From contig OZ255726.1 of the NCBI GenBank assembly GCA_965277405.1, forward strand, positions 160,001 to 224,000: DNA of 64,000 nt, given 5' to 3'. The notes beneath the pieces were generated by a model that was given only the letters and a program-made list of their open reading frames with translations, ran no database searches and was not told the DNA's origin. Every line of letters starts with the position of its first letter. Within the stretch, counting starts at the first letter, position 1. Source of the stretch: Gammaproteobacteria bacterium. Lineage in GTDB: Bacteria; Pseudomonadota; Gammaproteobacteria; G965277405. The translations under genes and the position numbers were made by a program. Positions 49,426-59,665 of this stretch are shown here, in pieces.

Positions 49426-51312
49426 ATGACATCCACTCCAATGTCCCAAACTAACATTTTTCGTCTATTTGCTATCTTGGTTGACTGCTGCGTTATTGTG
49501 GCAACAGTATGGATTGCCTTTGCGCTGCGTCTAGATATTTGGTCAATCGAAATGCAGCAACAACACCCAGAGTATGCGGCGGTGATTGCAATGTTACTGG
49601 CATTGCCAATATTTATGTATTTCGATTTATACCGTGTGGTATTGCGGTATGCAGGTTTTGAAACATTCCGTAGACTGATTAACGCATCCATTGTATACAC
49701 GCTGCTATTTGCAACTGTTGTTGTGGTTGTTGGGATTGGTGGCGTGCCGCGGACAATCGGTTTCATCCAGCCAATATTATTGTTCATCGGCATTGCCGTG
49801 ACCCGCTTTGGTGTTCGCTATATAGCAACGCTGCATCATGCGCAAGTCGTGCATCGGACGCTTATATATGGTGCAGGAGAAGCTGGAAGGAGTGTTGCAG
49901 CAGCATTAAAAGATGAAGCTGATCGGCATATTGTCGGTTTTATTGATGACAATACAAGTTTATTACATAGCGCGATTAATGGCATTCGGGTTTTTTCGTC
50001 AGCAGAAACGCCGCAGCTTATCAGCAAGCATGATGTCAATGAAGTGCTGCTGGCAATCCCGAGCGTCTCATATTCCAGAAGGCAGGAAATAACCAATTCG
50101 CTGGTTGGACATGCCATCCGCATTCAGACAATACCAACATTGAATGATATTGCCTCAGGGAAGGTTGCGGTTAATTCGATTCGTGAGTTGGATATACACG
50201 ATGTATTGGGTAGGGATACAATTGTGGCTGATGCTGCGCTGTTGCGTAAAAATATTTGTAATAAAACAGTGCTCGTTACTGGTGCTGGCGGGTCTATCGG
50301 CAGTGAGTTATGTCGACAAATAGCGCAAACAAACCCCAGCATGCTGGTATTGCTCGATCACTGTGAGTTTGCTTTATATACCATTCACCGTGAATTGCTC
50401 AAAACATTGCCTGCGCAAAATATGATCACAATATTAGCATCTGTTACCGATGAACAGCATATACAGCGCATTTTTTCGACATGGAAAATTGATACTGTAT
50501 ACCATACTGCCGCCTACAAACATGTGCCGTTGGTGGAGATGAATATTGCGCAAGGTCTCTACAATAACAGCATTGGAACTTGGGTGATTGCCACTGCTGC
50601 TGTGCAAACAAATGTACCGTTGCTGGTGCTGATAAGCACTGATAAAGCCGTACGACCAACCAATGCCATGGGCGCAACGAAACGCATAGCTGAAATGATA
50701 TTGCAGAGTTTGCATACGCAACATAATACCACTGTGTTGGCGATGGTCAGGTTTGGTAATGTGCTGAATTCATCTGGCTCAGTAATACCGCTGTTTCGTG
50801 AACAGATTCGTTCAGGTAGGGCTGTTACCGTGACACATAAAAATATGACACGCTATTTCATGACGATTACAGAGGCAGCACAGCTGGTCATTCAAGCAGG
50901 CGCAATGGCAAATGGCGGCGAAGTGTTTGTCCTTGACATGGGTGAACCTGTCAACATTTATCAGTTAGCGCGACGACTCATTATGCTTTCAGGGCTGACT
51001 ATTTGCGAAGAAGAGACCCCAGACGGTGACATTACCATCAAAGTAATCGGCGCTCGACCAGGAGAAAAAATACACGAGGAACTCCTCATTGGCGATGCAG
51101 CAGTTGCCACATCCCACCCTAGAATATTAAAAGCACAAGATCCAATAGCGGATTGGAATGAGCTGGTTGCTTTGCTTGAACATGCCAAAATAATATGCCG
51201 CGATAATGATGTAGTGGCGATCAGAGCACTACTACAACGCGCAGTTGGTGCATATGTCCCAGATGCAGAAATTGTCGACGTGTTGCATAGCCATCAGCAG
51301 CAGAGCTTATAG
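49426..51312 (+). CDS. Membrane-bound UDP-GlcNAc 4,6-dehydratase (CapD/WbpM/PglF family)
   Basis: N-terminal TMs, IYGAGEAG, VTGAGGSIGSELCRQ, AAYKHVP, STDKAVRPTNAMGATKR, RFGNVL. Confidence 0.92.
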   Translation: MTSTPMSQTNIFRLFAILVDCCVIVATVWIAFALRLDIWSIEMQQQHPEYAAVIAMLLALPIFMYFDLYRVVLRYAGFETFRRLINASIVYTLLFATVVVVVGIGGVPRTIGFIQPILLFIGIAVTRFGVRYIATLHHAQVVHRTLIYGAGEAGRSVAAALKDEADRHIVGFIDDNTSLLHSAINGIRVFSSAETPQLISKHDVNEVLLAIPSVSYSRRQEITNSLVGHAIRIQTIPTLNDIASGKVAVNSIRELDIHDVLGRDTIVADAALLRKNICNKTVLVTGAGGSIGSELCRQIAQTNPSMLVLLDHCEFALYTIHRELLKTLPAQNMITILASVTDEQHIQRIFSTWKIDTVYHTAAYKHVPLVEMNIAQGLYNNSIGTWVIATAAVQTNVPLLVLISTDKAVRPTNAMGATKRIAEMILQSLHTQHNTTVLAMVRFGNVLNSSGSVIPLFREQIRSGRAVTVTHKNMTRYFMTITEAAQLVIQAGAMANGGEVFVLDMGEPVNIYQLARRLIMLSGLTICEEETPDGDITIKVIGARPGEKIHEELLIGDAAVATSHPRILKAQDPIADWNELVALLEHAKIICRDNDVVAIRALLQRAVGAYVPDAEIVDVLHSHQQQSL

Positions 51313-51316
51313 CAGT

Positions 51317-52690
51317 TTAGGAGATAGTATCAAGAATAGAATGTGCTGCTTGGCGCCCTTGATCGACGGCACGCACAACAAGGTTAGAGCCAAGCACCAC
51401 ATCGCCACCTGCAAAAATTTTAGGGTTGGTTGTCTGCATCGGAATGGATGATGAAGTTTGTAGCAACTGATTTTCTGTTTGTTGCACCCCGTATTGTTGC
51501 AACCATTCAGGCGGACTTGGTCGAAAACCAAATGCAACCACAACGCTGTCACATGCAAGCCGCGTTTGCTTGCTTGTTTGCACCAGTCTGCCATCGTCCA
51601 TTGTTGTTTCTTCACAAATAACAGCGGTCACCGCATCGCCTGACGTTTCAATAGCTATCGGCTGCTGATTAAACACAAACTCAACACCTTCTTCTTTGGC
51701 ATTGTTGATTTCTTTAACCGATCCTGGCATAGCACTTTGACCGCGACGATACACACATTGCACCTGTGCAGCTCCCTGGCGAATAGCAGTGCGGTTGCAG
51801 TCCATCGCAGTATCCCCACCGCCTAACACGACAACGCGGCGATTTGCAACGCTAATATATGGTCGATCTTGTCCGTATGCGTGTAACTGGTTGATGTTGC
51901 CAATCAAATAATCAAGTGCTGTATGAACGTGTGGGCTGTCTTCACCCACAATATTGCCGCGTTGGTTGGTGTACGTGCCTGTACCGATAAACACTGCATC
52001 ATATGATGCGTGCAGTTCGTCAAACGACACGTCTTTGCCCACCTCGCAATTCAGTTCAAAACGGATGCCCATTTCTTCAAATACAGCACGTCTACGCTTA
52101 ATGACACTTTTCTCAAGTTTAAATTCAGGTATTCCAAAGGTGAGTAAGCCGCCAATTTCGTTGTAAGCATCATACACAACAGGTTGTACACCATTGCGGA
52201 TCAACACGTCTGCACACGATAGCCCTGCAGGACCAGCACCAATGATTGCAATTTTTTTATCTGTGCGCAACGCTGGCACGGCTGGGCGCCAGCCCAACGA
52301 GAATGCCGTATCGGTGATATATTTTTCAATCGAACCAATAGTAACCGCTCCAAAATCATCGTTTAACGTACACGCGCCTTCGCATAAACGGTCTTGTGGA
52401 CAAATGCGACCACACATTTCAGGCAGGCTGTTGGTGCTATGACAAAGTTGTGCTGCACCGATTACGTCACCGTCGCCAATAAGTTTTAACCAACTTGGAA
52501 TATAATTATGCACTGGGCATGACCATTCACAATATGGATTGCCACAATGCAGGCAGCGCTCTGATTGTTGTTGTGCTTGGGTCTGCTCATAACTGCGGTA
52601 GATTTCATCAAACTGTTGCTGCCGCTGCGCAATCGACAGGCGTGGAGGGTCAACACGCTCTACTTCTAAAAATTGCAAGCTATTGCTCAT
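51317..52690 (-). CDS. gltD: Glutamate synthase small subunit
   Basis: RCLHCGNPYCEWSCPVHN, GRICPQDRLCEGAC, GAGPAGL, GGGDTAMDC. Confidence 0.9.
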   Translation of the reverse strand: MSNSLQFLEVERVDPPRLSIAQRQQQFDEIYRSYEQTQAQQQSERCLHCGNPYCEWSCPVHNYIPSWLKLIGDGDVIGAAQLCHSTNSLPEMCGRICPQDRLCEGACTLNDDFGAVTIGSIEKYITDTAFSLGWRPAVPALRTDKKIAIIGAGPAGLSCADVLIRNGVQPVVYDAYNEIGGLLTFGIPEFKLEKSVIKRRRAVFEEMGIRFELNCEVGKDVSFDELHASYDAVFIGTGTYTNQRGNIVGEDSPHVHTALDYLIGNINQLHAYGQDRPYISVANRRVVVLGGGDTAMDCNRTAIRQGAAQVQCVYRRGQSAMPGSVKEINNAKEEGVEFVFNQQPIAIETSGDAVTAVICEETTMDDGRLVQTSKQTRLACDSVVVAFGFRPSPPEWLQQYGVQQTENQLLQTSSSIPMQTTNPKIFAGGDVVLGSNLVVRAVDQGRQAAHSILDTIS

Positions 52691-53699
52691 CCACTGGGCT
52701 CTGGTGTGCTCGATACAACTGTTCAATGTACTGTATTTCTTCGTGGGAACCCATCAATGCAGGACAGCGGCTGTGAATATCATTTGGTATGACATCAAGT
52801 GTTGGTTGATGTCCAGTTGAGGCTTTGCCTCCAGCTTGCTCCACGATCATTGAAATCGGCGCGACTTCGTATAAATAGCGAATGCGCCCATTTTCATAGC
52901 CAACTCGTGCATCAGCAGGGTACATATACGAACCGCCGCGAATTAAGAAACGATTCACATCTGCGACCATCGACGCCACCCAGCGGGTATTAAAGTGTCT
53001 GCCACGCGGTCCGAGATCACCTTGCAAACATTCGTCAATGTATTGGTAGATGGCAGCATCCCAAAAGCGTCTATTGGCAATATTGATTGCAAACTCATTG
53101 GTGATTGCCGGAACTGTAATGTTGGTATGACCAAGTATGAAGGCATTGTGATCATGTGAAAAATAAAAAATATGAGCCCCATTGCCAAGCGTTAGCACAA
53201 ATTCTGTCGCTGGACCGTATACCGCAAAAGCAGCAGCGATTTGATTGCGACCTGGTTGGAGGAATGCAGCAACAGGAATAGTATTATGCCCCGCGTATGC
53301 GCCAGGCACTGGTAACCAAGAAAACACGCTACCAATGCTAATGTTGACGTCTATATTGCTAGAGCCGTCAAGTGGATCATAGCACAATAGCAGGTTTGAC
53401 TGGTGCGGATTGCATGTGCGTAATGTCCGCGATTCTTCAGAAACACAGGCGGCAATTACACCACTGCAATGGTCAAAAACCACTGTATCGCAACACAAAT
53501 CAAGTTTTTGTTGGGTATCGCCATCACTATTGACGGCGATGTCATCGCCATGCAATCCATATAGTGGCGCAGTGCGCACCTGTTGCGCAATATCAACAAC
53601 AGCTTCAGCACACTGTATTAATGAACGCTGCAGCAACGGGTAGGTGATGGCCTGTTGCTCGCTGATGTTTTTTTTAAAAAATTCGTTGAGTGTTATCAT
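52680..53699 (-). CDS. fbp: Fructose-1,6-bisphosphatase class 1
   Basis: QQKLD, SEE, YDPLDGSSNIDVN, RWVASMVAD, RYLYE; AAGGA RBS before ATG 53699. Confidence 0.93.
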   Translation of the reverse strand: MITLNEFFKKNISEQQAITYPLLQRSLIQCAEAVVDIAQQVRTAPLYGLHGDDIAVNSDGDTQQKLDLCCDTVVFDHCSGVIAACVSEESRTLRTCNPHQSNLLLCYDPLDGSSNIDVNISIGSVFSWLPVPGAYAGHNTIPVAAFLQPGRNQIAAAFAVYGPATEFVLTLGNGAHIFYFSHDHNAFILGHTNITVPAITNEFAINIANRRFWDAAIYQYIDECLQGDLGPRGRHFNTRWVASMVADVNRFLIRGGSYMYPADARVGYENGRIRYLYEVAPISMIVEQAGGKASTGHQPTLDVIPNDIHSRCPALMGSHEEIQYIEQLYRAHQSPVDEQ

Positions 53700-53710
53700 C
53701 GTTTCCTTTG

Positions 53711-53787
53711 TGGTGGGCCCGGCAGGACTCGAACCTGCGACCAATGGATTATGAGTCCACTGCTCTAACCAGCTGAGCTACAGGCCC
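53711..53787 (-). tRNA. tRNA with CAT anticodon, most likely tRNA-Ile2 (lysidine-modified)
   Basis: GGGCCTGTAGCTCAGCTGGTTAGAGCAGTGGACTCATAATCCATTGGTCGCAGGTTCGAGTCCTGCCGGGCCCACCA; position downstream of rpoD typical of ileX. Confidence 0.9.
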
Positions 53788-53802
53788 TTACAAAAAGAAA
53801 AT

Positions 53803-55698
53803 CTATTCTTCAAGAAAGCTACGCAAATACTCTGAGCGTGAAGGATGGCGTAGTTTACGTAAAGCTTTTGCTTCTATTTGACGAATCCGTTCGCGGGTTA
53901 CATCAAATTGACGACCAACTTCTTCAAGGGTATGGTCGGTATGCATGTCAATGCCAAAACGCATCCTCAGTACTTTTGATTCACGTTCAGATAATGCAGA
54001 TAACACGCTGGTCATTGCTTCTTTGAGTGATTCACTCGAAGCAAAATCGAGCGGAAGCTCTGAATTTACATCTTCAATGAAATCGCCTAAGTGAGAATCC
54101 TCATCGTCGCCAACTGGGGTGTCTGTAGAAATTGGGTCTTTAGATACTTTGAGAACTTTTCTAATTTTGTCCTCTGGAATGTCCATTAATACCCCAAGTT
54201 CTTCAGGTGTTGGCTCACGGCCAAGTTCTTGGAGCTTTTGCCGTGTCAGTCGATTCAACTTGTTAATTGTTTCAATCATATGCACGGGAATCCTGATAGT
54301 CCGTGCTTGATCGGCAATTGAACGCGTGATTGCTTGGCGAATCCACCATGTTGCATATGTAGAAAACTTAAAGCCGCGACGATATTCAAATTTATCAACT
54401 GCTTTCATCAAGCCGATATTACCTTCTTGAATAAGATCAAGAAACTGCAAGCCGCGGTTGGTATATTTTTTAGCAATTGATATTACCAAGCGTAGGTTGG
54501 CTTCAGTCATATCAGATTTTGCTGCCGTAATTGTTCGCAGTCCTGTGTTGATGGCAATCTGCAAGGTACGTATTTCATGGCAAGGAAGCCCTAATTCAGC
54601 TTCGCGGTCACTCATTTCCAGTTGTAACGAACGGATAGCATCGCGATGCTCTTTGACTTTTTTAGCATACGGCTTACGGCGCCGGATAAGTGCTTGCACC
54701 CACTTATCATTGGATACATTGCCACGCATGGTGGTGATACATTCACTGCGCTCAACACCGCATTTTTTGGTAATGATGGTATATATTTTTAGTTCAATAT
54801 CACGCAGATCCTTGCTGGTTTTTTTTGAAATATTAGAGATTTCATCTAAAAATTTTTGGTGAAGGCGAAAAAACGCAAAATGCGCTGCAAGAGCGTTTTT
54901 GGCAGCATTTGAGGCGCGATGCACCAATCCATTTCTGCCTACAGCTGCAAGGTACTTTTTATGGAGTAGTGCAAGTGTGTCAACGTATGCCGCGACTTCT
55001 TCTGGGTCTATTGATTTTGGATCAGTGGTTGCTGTTTCACTACTGTCTTCTTCATCTGTTTCTGCGGCTGTTGCTTTCTTGCCACCATCTTTCACAATTG
55101 CTGTTGTTGGAACTTCTTTTTTTGCAACAATGACAGCGTCATCTTCGGCTTCTTCTTTTTTTTCGTGCACCGTAATTGTGGTGTCCTTGGGATCTTGAAA
55201 TGTGCTCAATACATCATCCAGACGCGACTGACCTGCTAAGGCGTTGCGAAAACGTACGGTAACAATTTCAATAATTGAAGGGTAACTTGCCAATGCATGC
55301 ATTGTAGCAACAATGCCGTCTTCAATGCGTCTGGCGATTTCAATTTCGCCTTCGCGCGTTAATAAATCGACCGTTCCCATCTCGCGCATATACATACGGA
55401 CAGGATCAGTGGTGCGGTTTTGGGTGGTTACAGAGTTATGGTATTTGTTTTGATCATCTTCTTGTTCCACCTCGACTTCTTGTTGCTTCCCCTCTGCTGG
55501 AGTTGATACGACGCTGTCAGAATCTGGCACTTGATCATGCACACTAATGCCCATCTCATTGATGGTTTCAATAATGCTTTCAATTTCATTTGGGTCAGTT
55601 AAATTTTCAGAAATGTTGTCGTTGACTTCAGTGTATGAGACAAAACTCTTGTCCTTGTTTTGTTCAATGTACGATTTAATTTGCTCTTTATCGCTCAT
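53803..55698 (-). CDS. rpoD: RNA polymerase sigma-70 factor
   Basis: [60 protein letters not shown]. Confidence 0.98.
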   Translation of the reverse strand: MSDKEQIKSYIEQNKDKSFVSYTEVNDNISENLTDPNEIESIIETINEMGISVHDQVPDSDSVVSTPAEGKQQEVEVEQEDDQNKYHNSVTTQNRTTDPVRMYMREMGTVDLLTREGEIEIARRIEDGIVATMHALASYPSIIEIVTVRFRNALAGQSRLDDVLSTFQDPKDTTITVHEKKEEAEDDAVIVAKKEVPTTAIVKDGGKKATAAETDEEDSSETATTDPKSIDPEEVAAYVDTLALLHKKYLAAVGRNGLVHRASNAAKNALAAHFAFFRLHQKFLDEISNISKKTSKDLRDIELKIYTIITKKCGVERSECITTMRGNVSNDKWVQALIRRRKPYAKKVKEHRDAIRSLQLEMSDREAELGLPCHEIRTLQIAINTGLRTITAAKSDMTEANLRLVISIAKKYTNRGLQFLDLIQEGNIGLMKAVDKFEYRRGFKFSTYATWWIRQAITRSIADQARTIRIPVHMIETINKLNRLTRQKLQELGREPTPEELGVLMDIPEDKIRKVLKVSKDPISTDTPVGDDEDSHLGDFIEDVNSELPLDFASSESLKEAMTSVLSALSERESKVLRMRFGIDMHTDHTLEEVGRQFDVTRERIRQIEAKALRKLRHPSRSEYLRSFLEE

Positions 55699-55881
55699 AT
55701 ATGCTTGGGTCCGTTTGCAGCCGCAAGAAATGCCTATTAAAAGTGCTCTGCGGATATTGTTTAAATATGGCAGTGACTATATACAAAAACAGTAAACTTT
55801 ACATATTAGTATATGTAGTTTCCAACATTCAATGGAATAAATTTACTGAATAGTTTGAAGTGGTGTCTTTTTTTTTAATTG

Positions 55882-57516
55882 CTAGGGTGTTGGCTGCTGA
55901 ATCATCGCAGTAAATTGCTCAATTTCAACACGCCGGCCAAGTGGGACAAATGTGGCAACCTTCCCCGTGAACGGTTGTGCTAACCACGCAAATGTTGGCT
56001 GCGCTGGTATGGGTAGAATACTGGCTGATTGCGCGTAGAGTTCGGGCATGACTGGCGATAACAGCGTTATCAACAACGCATAGCAGTGCAACGCTGTTGT
56101 GCAAATATGCTGCGCATGTGCACGGGTATTTTCGTGCTTTACTGCAGCCCATGGTTGCTCAGTATTGATAATTCTATTGATATCATCTGCAATGATTGTC
56201 AGATGATTGATAACTTGAAAATATTGCCGAGTATCATAGCAGGCAAGTATTGCTAATTTCTTTTGGCGAATGTGGTGAATGATTGGATGTTCTGCAGCAT
56301 CGCTGAGTTGGTTGTCATACTGCTTTTCTAAAATCCGCATAGTTCTGCTAGGAATATTAATGAGCTTACCAATCACATCTGAATTTATCTTGGTGACAAA
56401 GTTCTCCAAGCTAAAATCAATGTCGTCAATAGAATTATTGAGTCTTGATGCGTAGTAGTAGCGCAAGTATTCAGGATTAGCATGTTGTGAAAATGTGCTG
56501 GCAAGGATGAATGTGCCTTTTGATTTGGACATTTTCTCACCATTAACCGTGATAAAACCATGGCAATACACCCCAGTTGGGGTGCGGATATCAGCACCAT
56601 GGAGCAGCGCAGGCCAGAACAAACAGTGGAAATATGCAATATCTTTGCCGATAAAATGGTGCATTTCAATATCGCTGTCCGCACGAATAAACGCATCAAA
56701 ATCAAGGTTGTTTTTCTCACAATAATGCGCCAAGCCTGCCAGATAGCCGATAGGCGCATCCAGCCAAACATAAAAGTATTTGCCCGTTTCTCCTGGTATC
56801 TCAAAGCCAAAGTATGGAGCATCACGGCTAATATCCCACATCTTTAAACCATTGGCAAACCAGATATTCAGCTTATTGCGAATCTGTTGTTGGACATGAT
56901 TGCTATCAATCCATGTGCGTAAAAATGCTTGCAATTTTGGTAGGTTAAAAAACAGATGTTCAGATTGGCGCAACTCTGGGGTGGCGTTGCTTAGTACTGA
57001 ATATGGCTGAATGAGCTGGGTCGGCTCATACGTGCTGCCGCATTCCTCACAATTATCACCATACTGATCTGCCGCATGACAGTGTGGGCATTCCCCTTTG
57101 ATATAGCGATCTGGCAAGAACATTTTTTCTTGCGCGTCATACATTTGAGAAATTGTTTTTCTCTCAATCAAACCTTTAGCAACGAGTGCGCGATAAATGC
57201 GTTCAGATAGCGCACGATTTTCTGGGCTGTGGGTTGTGTAATACATGTCATAATTCACCCCAAAACTACGCATATCTTGCTCGTGCTGCTGGCGCATATG
57301 GTCAATCCACTTATCAATTGAAACACCTTCTTTGGCAGCACGAATCATTACCGCAGTCCCGTGTGCGTCGTCAGCGCAAATATAATGGCACACATTGCCG
57401 AGTGTCCGTTGGTAGCGTACCCAAATATCGGTTTGAATGTGTTCAAATAAATGACCAAGATGAATGTCACCATTGGCATATGGCAGAGCACTAGTAATAA
57501 ATAACGTTTTGGACAT
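55882..57516 (-). CDS. metG: Methionine--tRNA ligase lacking C-terminal tRNA-binding domain
   Basis: ALPYANGDIHLGH, zinc knuckle, WDISRDAPYFG, KMSKS; ends at 544 aa. Confidence 0.96.
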   Translation of the reverse strand: MSKTLFITSALPYANGDIHLGHLFEHIQTDIWVRYQRTLGNVCHYICADDAHGTAVMIRAAKEGVSIDKWIDHMRQQHEQDMRSFGVNYDMYYTTHSPENRALSERIYRALVAKGLIERKTISQMYDAQEKMFLPDRYIKGECPHCHAADQYGDNCEECGSTYEPTQLIQPYSVLSNATPELRQSEHLFFNLPKLQAFLRTWIDSNHVQQQIRNKLNIWFANGLKMWDISRDAPYFGFEIPGETGKYFYVWLDAPIGYLAGLAHYCEKNNLDFDAFIRADSDIEMHHFIGKDIAYFHCLFWPALLHGADIRTPTGVYCHGFITVNGEKMSKSKGTFILASTFSQHANPEYLRYYYASRLNNSIDDIDFSLENFVTKINSDVIGKLINIPSRTMRILEKQYDNQLSDAAEHPIIHHIRQKKLAILACYDTRQYFQVINHLTIIADDINRIINTEQPWAAVKHENTRAHAQHICTTALHCYALLITLLSPVMPELYAQSASILPIPAQPTFAWLAQPFTGKVATFVPLGRRVEIEQFTAMIQQPTP

Positions 57517-57806
57517 TAATGGGCAGCAGTTGCAGTGTAAAACTGCATAGTAGGAATATAGCTTGATGATTCAAGGCTTCGCAGCAGTTAAGGGAGAAAG
57601 CTGCGCAACATATCAATATTGCAAGGCGCCATTACCCATTCTATACCAACTGCAATATACCAACTGCAATTCACCTCCCAATATCGTTGCGCTTGCTGTC
57701 TCCAATTAAATTAAGCGCTGATTTCGCACAGAAAGGGAATAAAAGTAAGCGCTGACTTGTGGTTCACCTATAGATGTAACCAGCTTAAATGCTGTTGATT
57801 CAAATG

Positions 57807-57848
57807 CCACATACTCATGCAACGCTGTGATATTTTGCAGCGATAAGT
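57807..57848 (+). repeat. 42-bp direct repeat, copy 1 (copy 2 at 59482-59523)
   Basis: CCACATACTCATGCAACGCTGTGATATTTTGCAGCGATAAGT identical at both sites. Confidence 0.92.
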
Positions 57849-57853
57849 CTTGT

Positions 57854-58137
57854 GGAACCTCTGATTAACTCACTGATGGAGCGAGTTTGCCTGCAATTGC
57901 TGCTGATTGTCAGGCACAAACGAAGAGCGCATGACATGACCTTGCTATACGCCAAGGGATGCAACACAGCAAGCGTAAGCAATTGCCGCAAACCCAAAGT
58001 ATATGCAACACAACGACGGTAATACCCACAAGACCCACAAGACCCACAAGACCCACCAGTGTTATCTACGCACTGCGCTTAAGTTTCATCAGCGTTTTTG
58101 CTCCGTCTCGCCTGTCATGGACTTAAGCAGAGATTCA
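57854..58137 (-). mobile_element. MITE-A copy, internal deletion, three loop repeats
   Basis: GGAACCTCTGATTAACTC ... GACTTAAGCAGAGATTCA; (ACCCACAAG)x3. Confidence 0.88.
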
Positions 58138-58264
58138 CTATGATACCCAACATAAGTCAACGGTAACTCAAAATTTTCGAATTATCCATAAATATCCAAT
58201 AACGCCTTTTTTTATCCAATTCAACAATCCAATTTGACTTATTACCATTTGCGATTATCTTAAA

Positions 58265-58292
58265 TGTACAAAAGACGCTGTAATATGTACAT
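58265..58292. promoter_or_regulatory. Putative antitoxin operator (two TGTACA palindromes)
   Basis: TGTACA at 58265-58270 and 58286-58291; same core as the yefM-yoeB and axe-txe operators. Confidence 0.55.
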
Positions 58293-58312
58293 TATCAACT
58301 AATTTTATACCC

Positions 58313-58567
58313 ATGAGAGTCGCAATGAAGACAATGACATCCAGCGAGGCAAGGCAAAGTTTCAGCAATGTAATCAGTATTGCAGAGAAAGAAGCTGTGA
58401 CAATTTCCAAGAACAGCAAAGAGATAGCGGTTGTTATCTCATCAAAAAGATACCATGAGCTAAAGAGGCTTGAGGATATCCTGTATGGAAAAGCAGCGAA
58501 ACTGGCTATTGAAGAAGGATTAGCCCCTACAGGTGAAGTTAAGGATTTGCTTGATAGCATTGATTAG
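58313..58567 (+). CDS. Phd/YefM family antitoxin
   Basis: MKTMTSSEARQSFSNVI...VTISKN...AVVISSKRYHEL. Confidence 0.88.
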   Translation: MRVAMKTMTSSEARQSFSNVISIAEKEAVTISKNSKEIAVVISSKRYHELKRLEDILYGKAAKLAIEEGLAPTGEVKDLLDSID

Positions 58568-58861
58568 ATGGTAAATTACAGATTAACCATGCAAGCAACA
58601 AAGCAGCTTAAAAAACTCAAGAAGTCTGACATCAACACTGCAAGGCGCATTAAATCAACCATTATTTTGCTGAGTGAAGGCGGCATTATCGGAGAAGCCT
58701 TGCAAGGTTATGCAGGCTTTTTCAAGCTGCGTGTCGGTAAATATCGCCTTATCCAGACCACGCTAGACGATGATCTTATCATCGCCATTATTGAAAAAAG
58801 AAAAACAGTTTATAAAACCTTCCAACATCTGCTAGAAAATTCCAGATTTCTGGATATTTAG
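58568..58861 (+). CDS. RelE/ParE family toxin
   Basis: ATKQLKKL, L.GY.GFFKLRVGKYRLI, R..VYK; abuts antitoxin stop. Confidence 0.88.
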   Translation: MVNYRLTMQATKQLKKLKKSDINTARRIKSTIILLSEGGIIGEALQGYAGFFKLRVGKYRLIQTTLDDDLIIAIIEKRKTVYKTFQHLLENSRFLDI

Positions 58862-59133
58862 CGATTTCATAACACAAGCTTATTCTCCTTGCAGGTACTC
58901 ATTGGCTCAACCATAACTAATGCGGTGTAATTATTGTATATTTTTTAAAATTAAACTAAAACCAAAAATATGGATGCAAGTCAAAACCACTGCAATACCC
59001 ATCATTTTTTTCTTGCATGAGTAGAAAATTGCAAATTGGGGATTTCTACTGAAAAAAACACAGAATGTGCCGAAAATGGCATATATACGCCAATTTATCA
59101 GGGCTTTTTTGGTCCTATTTCCCAACATTTAAG

Positions 59134-59460
59134 ATTAATACTCCCTGCTGTTGTTACTATAATTGCTAGCCCTTTTCAAGTTATACGCCATCACTTCAAC
59201 CTCAGCATGGTTTGGTTATGCCAAGATATCGCCCGCGGTGAAGACCATACACCCTTGTCATCGTGCCGAAAGTTCTCTCGACTACAAATTTGATGATATC
59301 AACTTGTTACCAGCCTTTTGCCAGTGTGGCATTTCTTTACCGCGTAGCTTGTCCGCATAATTCCATCATCAATTTGCTTATCACCTAGATTTGCTTGCTT
59401 GGCTTTGCTGGCAGCTCCCTTGTCATACAGAAGCGTTTGTCCGGCTTTAGATAGGGGCAT
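59134..59460 (-). pseudogene. IS5-family (IS1106-like) transposase C-terminal remnant
   Basis: Across frameshifts: LLYDKG...DGIMR / NKLIS / FVVERTFGTM.RVYGLHRGRYLG / MAYNLKRA. Confidence 0.75.
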
Positions 59461-59481
59461 TCGATGCTATCGCTGCAGATA

Positions 59482-59523
59482 CCACATACTCATGCAACGC
59501 TGTGATATTTTGCAGCGATAAGT
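59482..59523 (+). repeat. 42-bp direct repeat, copy 2
   Basis: Identical to 57807-57848. Confidence 0.92.
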
Positions 59524-59665
59524 ATTACCGATAGTTTATATAATAACGCCTAAAATAGGCTATCTGGGTCAGCCCTCTTGACAATTTCACCTCAATATGT
59601 AAGTTTCTTACATTAAGAGTGCGCAGGAATGCGCTTCCATGCATTTATAAAGGGGGTATAATATC

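Noticed and set aside
53700-53744. N-terminal extension of Fbp predicted by the ORF track
   Set aside because: Overlaps the tRNA gene; a better RBS and ATG exist at 53699
53711-53787. Initiator tRNA-fMet
   Set aside because: Paired G1-C72 and no run of three G-C pairs in the anticodon stem; sequence and location fit Ile2
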